Assembly (NCBI GenBank): GCA_016839705.1
Contig: JAEOTR010000085.1
Span: forward strand, 1 to 16,124
DNA: 16,124 nucleotides
Origin: Promethearchaeota archaeon
GTDB taxonomy: Archaea; Asgardarchaeota; Lokiarchaeia; Sigyniarchaeales; SOKP01
Reading direction: 5' to 3'
This document shows, in pieces, positions 15,639 through 16,124 of this stretch. The translations under genes and the position numbers were made by a program. The stretch's first letter is position 1. Every line of letters begins with the position of its first letter. The notes beneath the pieces were generated by a model. That model saw only the letters and a list, made by a program, of their open reading frames with translations, searched no databases and was not told the origin of the DNA.

Positions 15639-16124
15639 ATGATAAGTGAAAATAAAAACATAATAAATGAAAAACCGAAACTCAACATAAACTATGCAAA
15701 TAATAAGAAAAATCTTACCATTTTCTTTATTCTCAGTTTTGTCTTGATAATATTAACTGTAATTATCCAAATTGGGGTTAGAAATCTTATAGATAATTAT
15801 TTTGTAGACATGTTTTTTGCAATTTTAGCTATAACTACGCCAACTATTTCAGCTGTTATTATATCAGGTTTAAACGATGGGTGGCAAGGGATTAAGAATC
15901 TTTTTGCCGGATTTCGAATATGGAAAGTAAATTTTCTTTGGTATTTTGCAGGATTATTATTTATTATTGCTCCTTTGATTTTTGCTCTTATTTATCTTCT
16001 TTTTGGAGGTCAAGCCCCAGGAGCAGCACCAACTTATACATTACCAATATTTCTTCTAGATTTGTTTATATCATTAATAACTGGGCCTTTAAACGAAGAA
16101 GCTGGTTGGCGTGGATATGCATTA
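15639..16124 (+). CDS. CPBP (CAAX type II / Abi) family intramembrane metalloprotease, runs off the window end
   Basis: Not in the ORF track because it has no stop in the window. Manual translation from ATG 15639 gives MISENKNIINEKPKL..., several TM segments, PTISA, WKVNFLWY and the terminal GPLNEEAGWRGYAL, which is the EExxxR motif 1. Confidence 0.88.
   Translation, partial: MISENKNIINEKPKLNINYANNKKNLTIFFILSFVLIILTVIIQIGVRNLIDNYFVDMFFAILAITTPTISAVIISGLNDGWQGIKNLFAGFRIWKVNFLWYFAGLLFIIAPLIFALIYLLFGGQAPGAAPTYTLPIFLLDLFISLITGPLNEEAGWRGYAL

Noticed and set aside
1-16124. CRISPR array, transposase/integrase or defence system
   Set aside because: No regularly spaced repeats, terminal inverted repeats with a transposase, or nuclease/defence motifs were seen.

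Overview
AT-rich archaeal DNA that looks like an Asgard (Lokiarchaeia-like) genome. This assignment is inferred from the TPR plus longin-like gene, the long coiled-coil gene and general protein style; it was not checked by search. The left half holds the end of an MBL-fold hydrolase, a 5'-shortened TPR/longin-like gene, a ThiS/MoaD/SAMP-like sulfur carrier, RNase Z coupled to a 438-aa coiled-coil protein, a MacB/LolD-type ABC transporter and an orphan corrinoid protein. The right half (8142-15433) is a dense sulfur/Fe-S/redox island: tusA, an iscS whose PLP-binding Lys is replaced by Asp (SSND), an iscU fused to a degenerate thioredoxin-reductase NADPH-domain-like module, a CCG-domain Fe-S protein, OsmC, a four-domain CoA-disulfide reductase-rhodanese-TusA-rhodanese fusion and rubrerythrin. 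A partial CPBP protease gene, absent from the ORF track, runs off the end. The main hypothesis is a cysteine-independent, persulfide/polysulfide-fed Fe-S assembly system. No rRNA, tRNA, CRISPR array or mobile element was seen.
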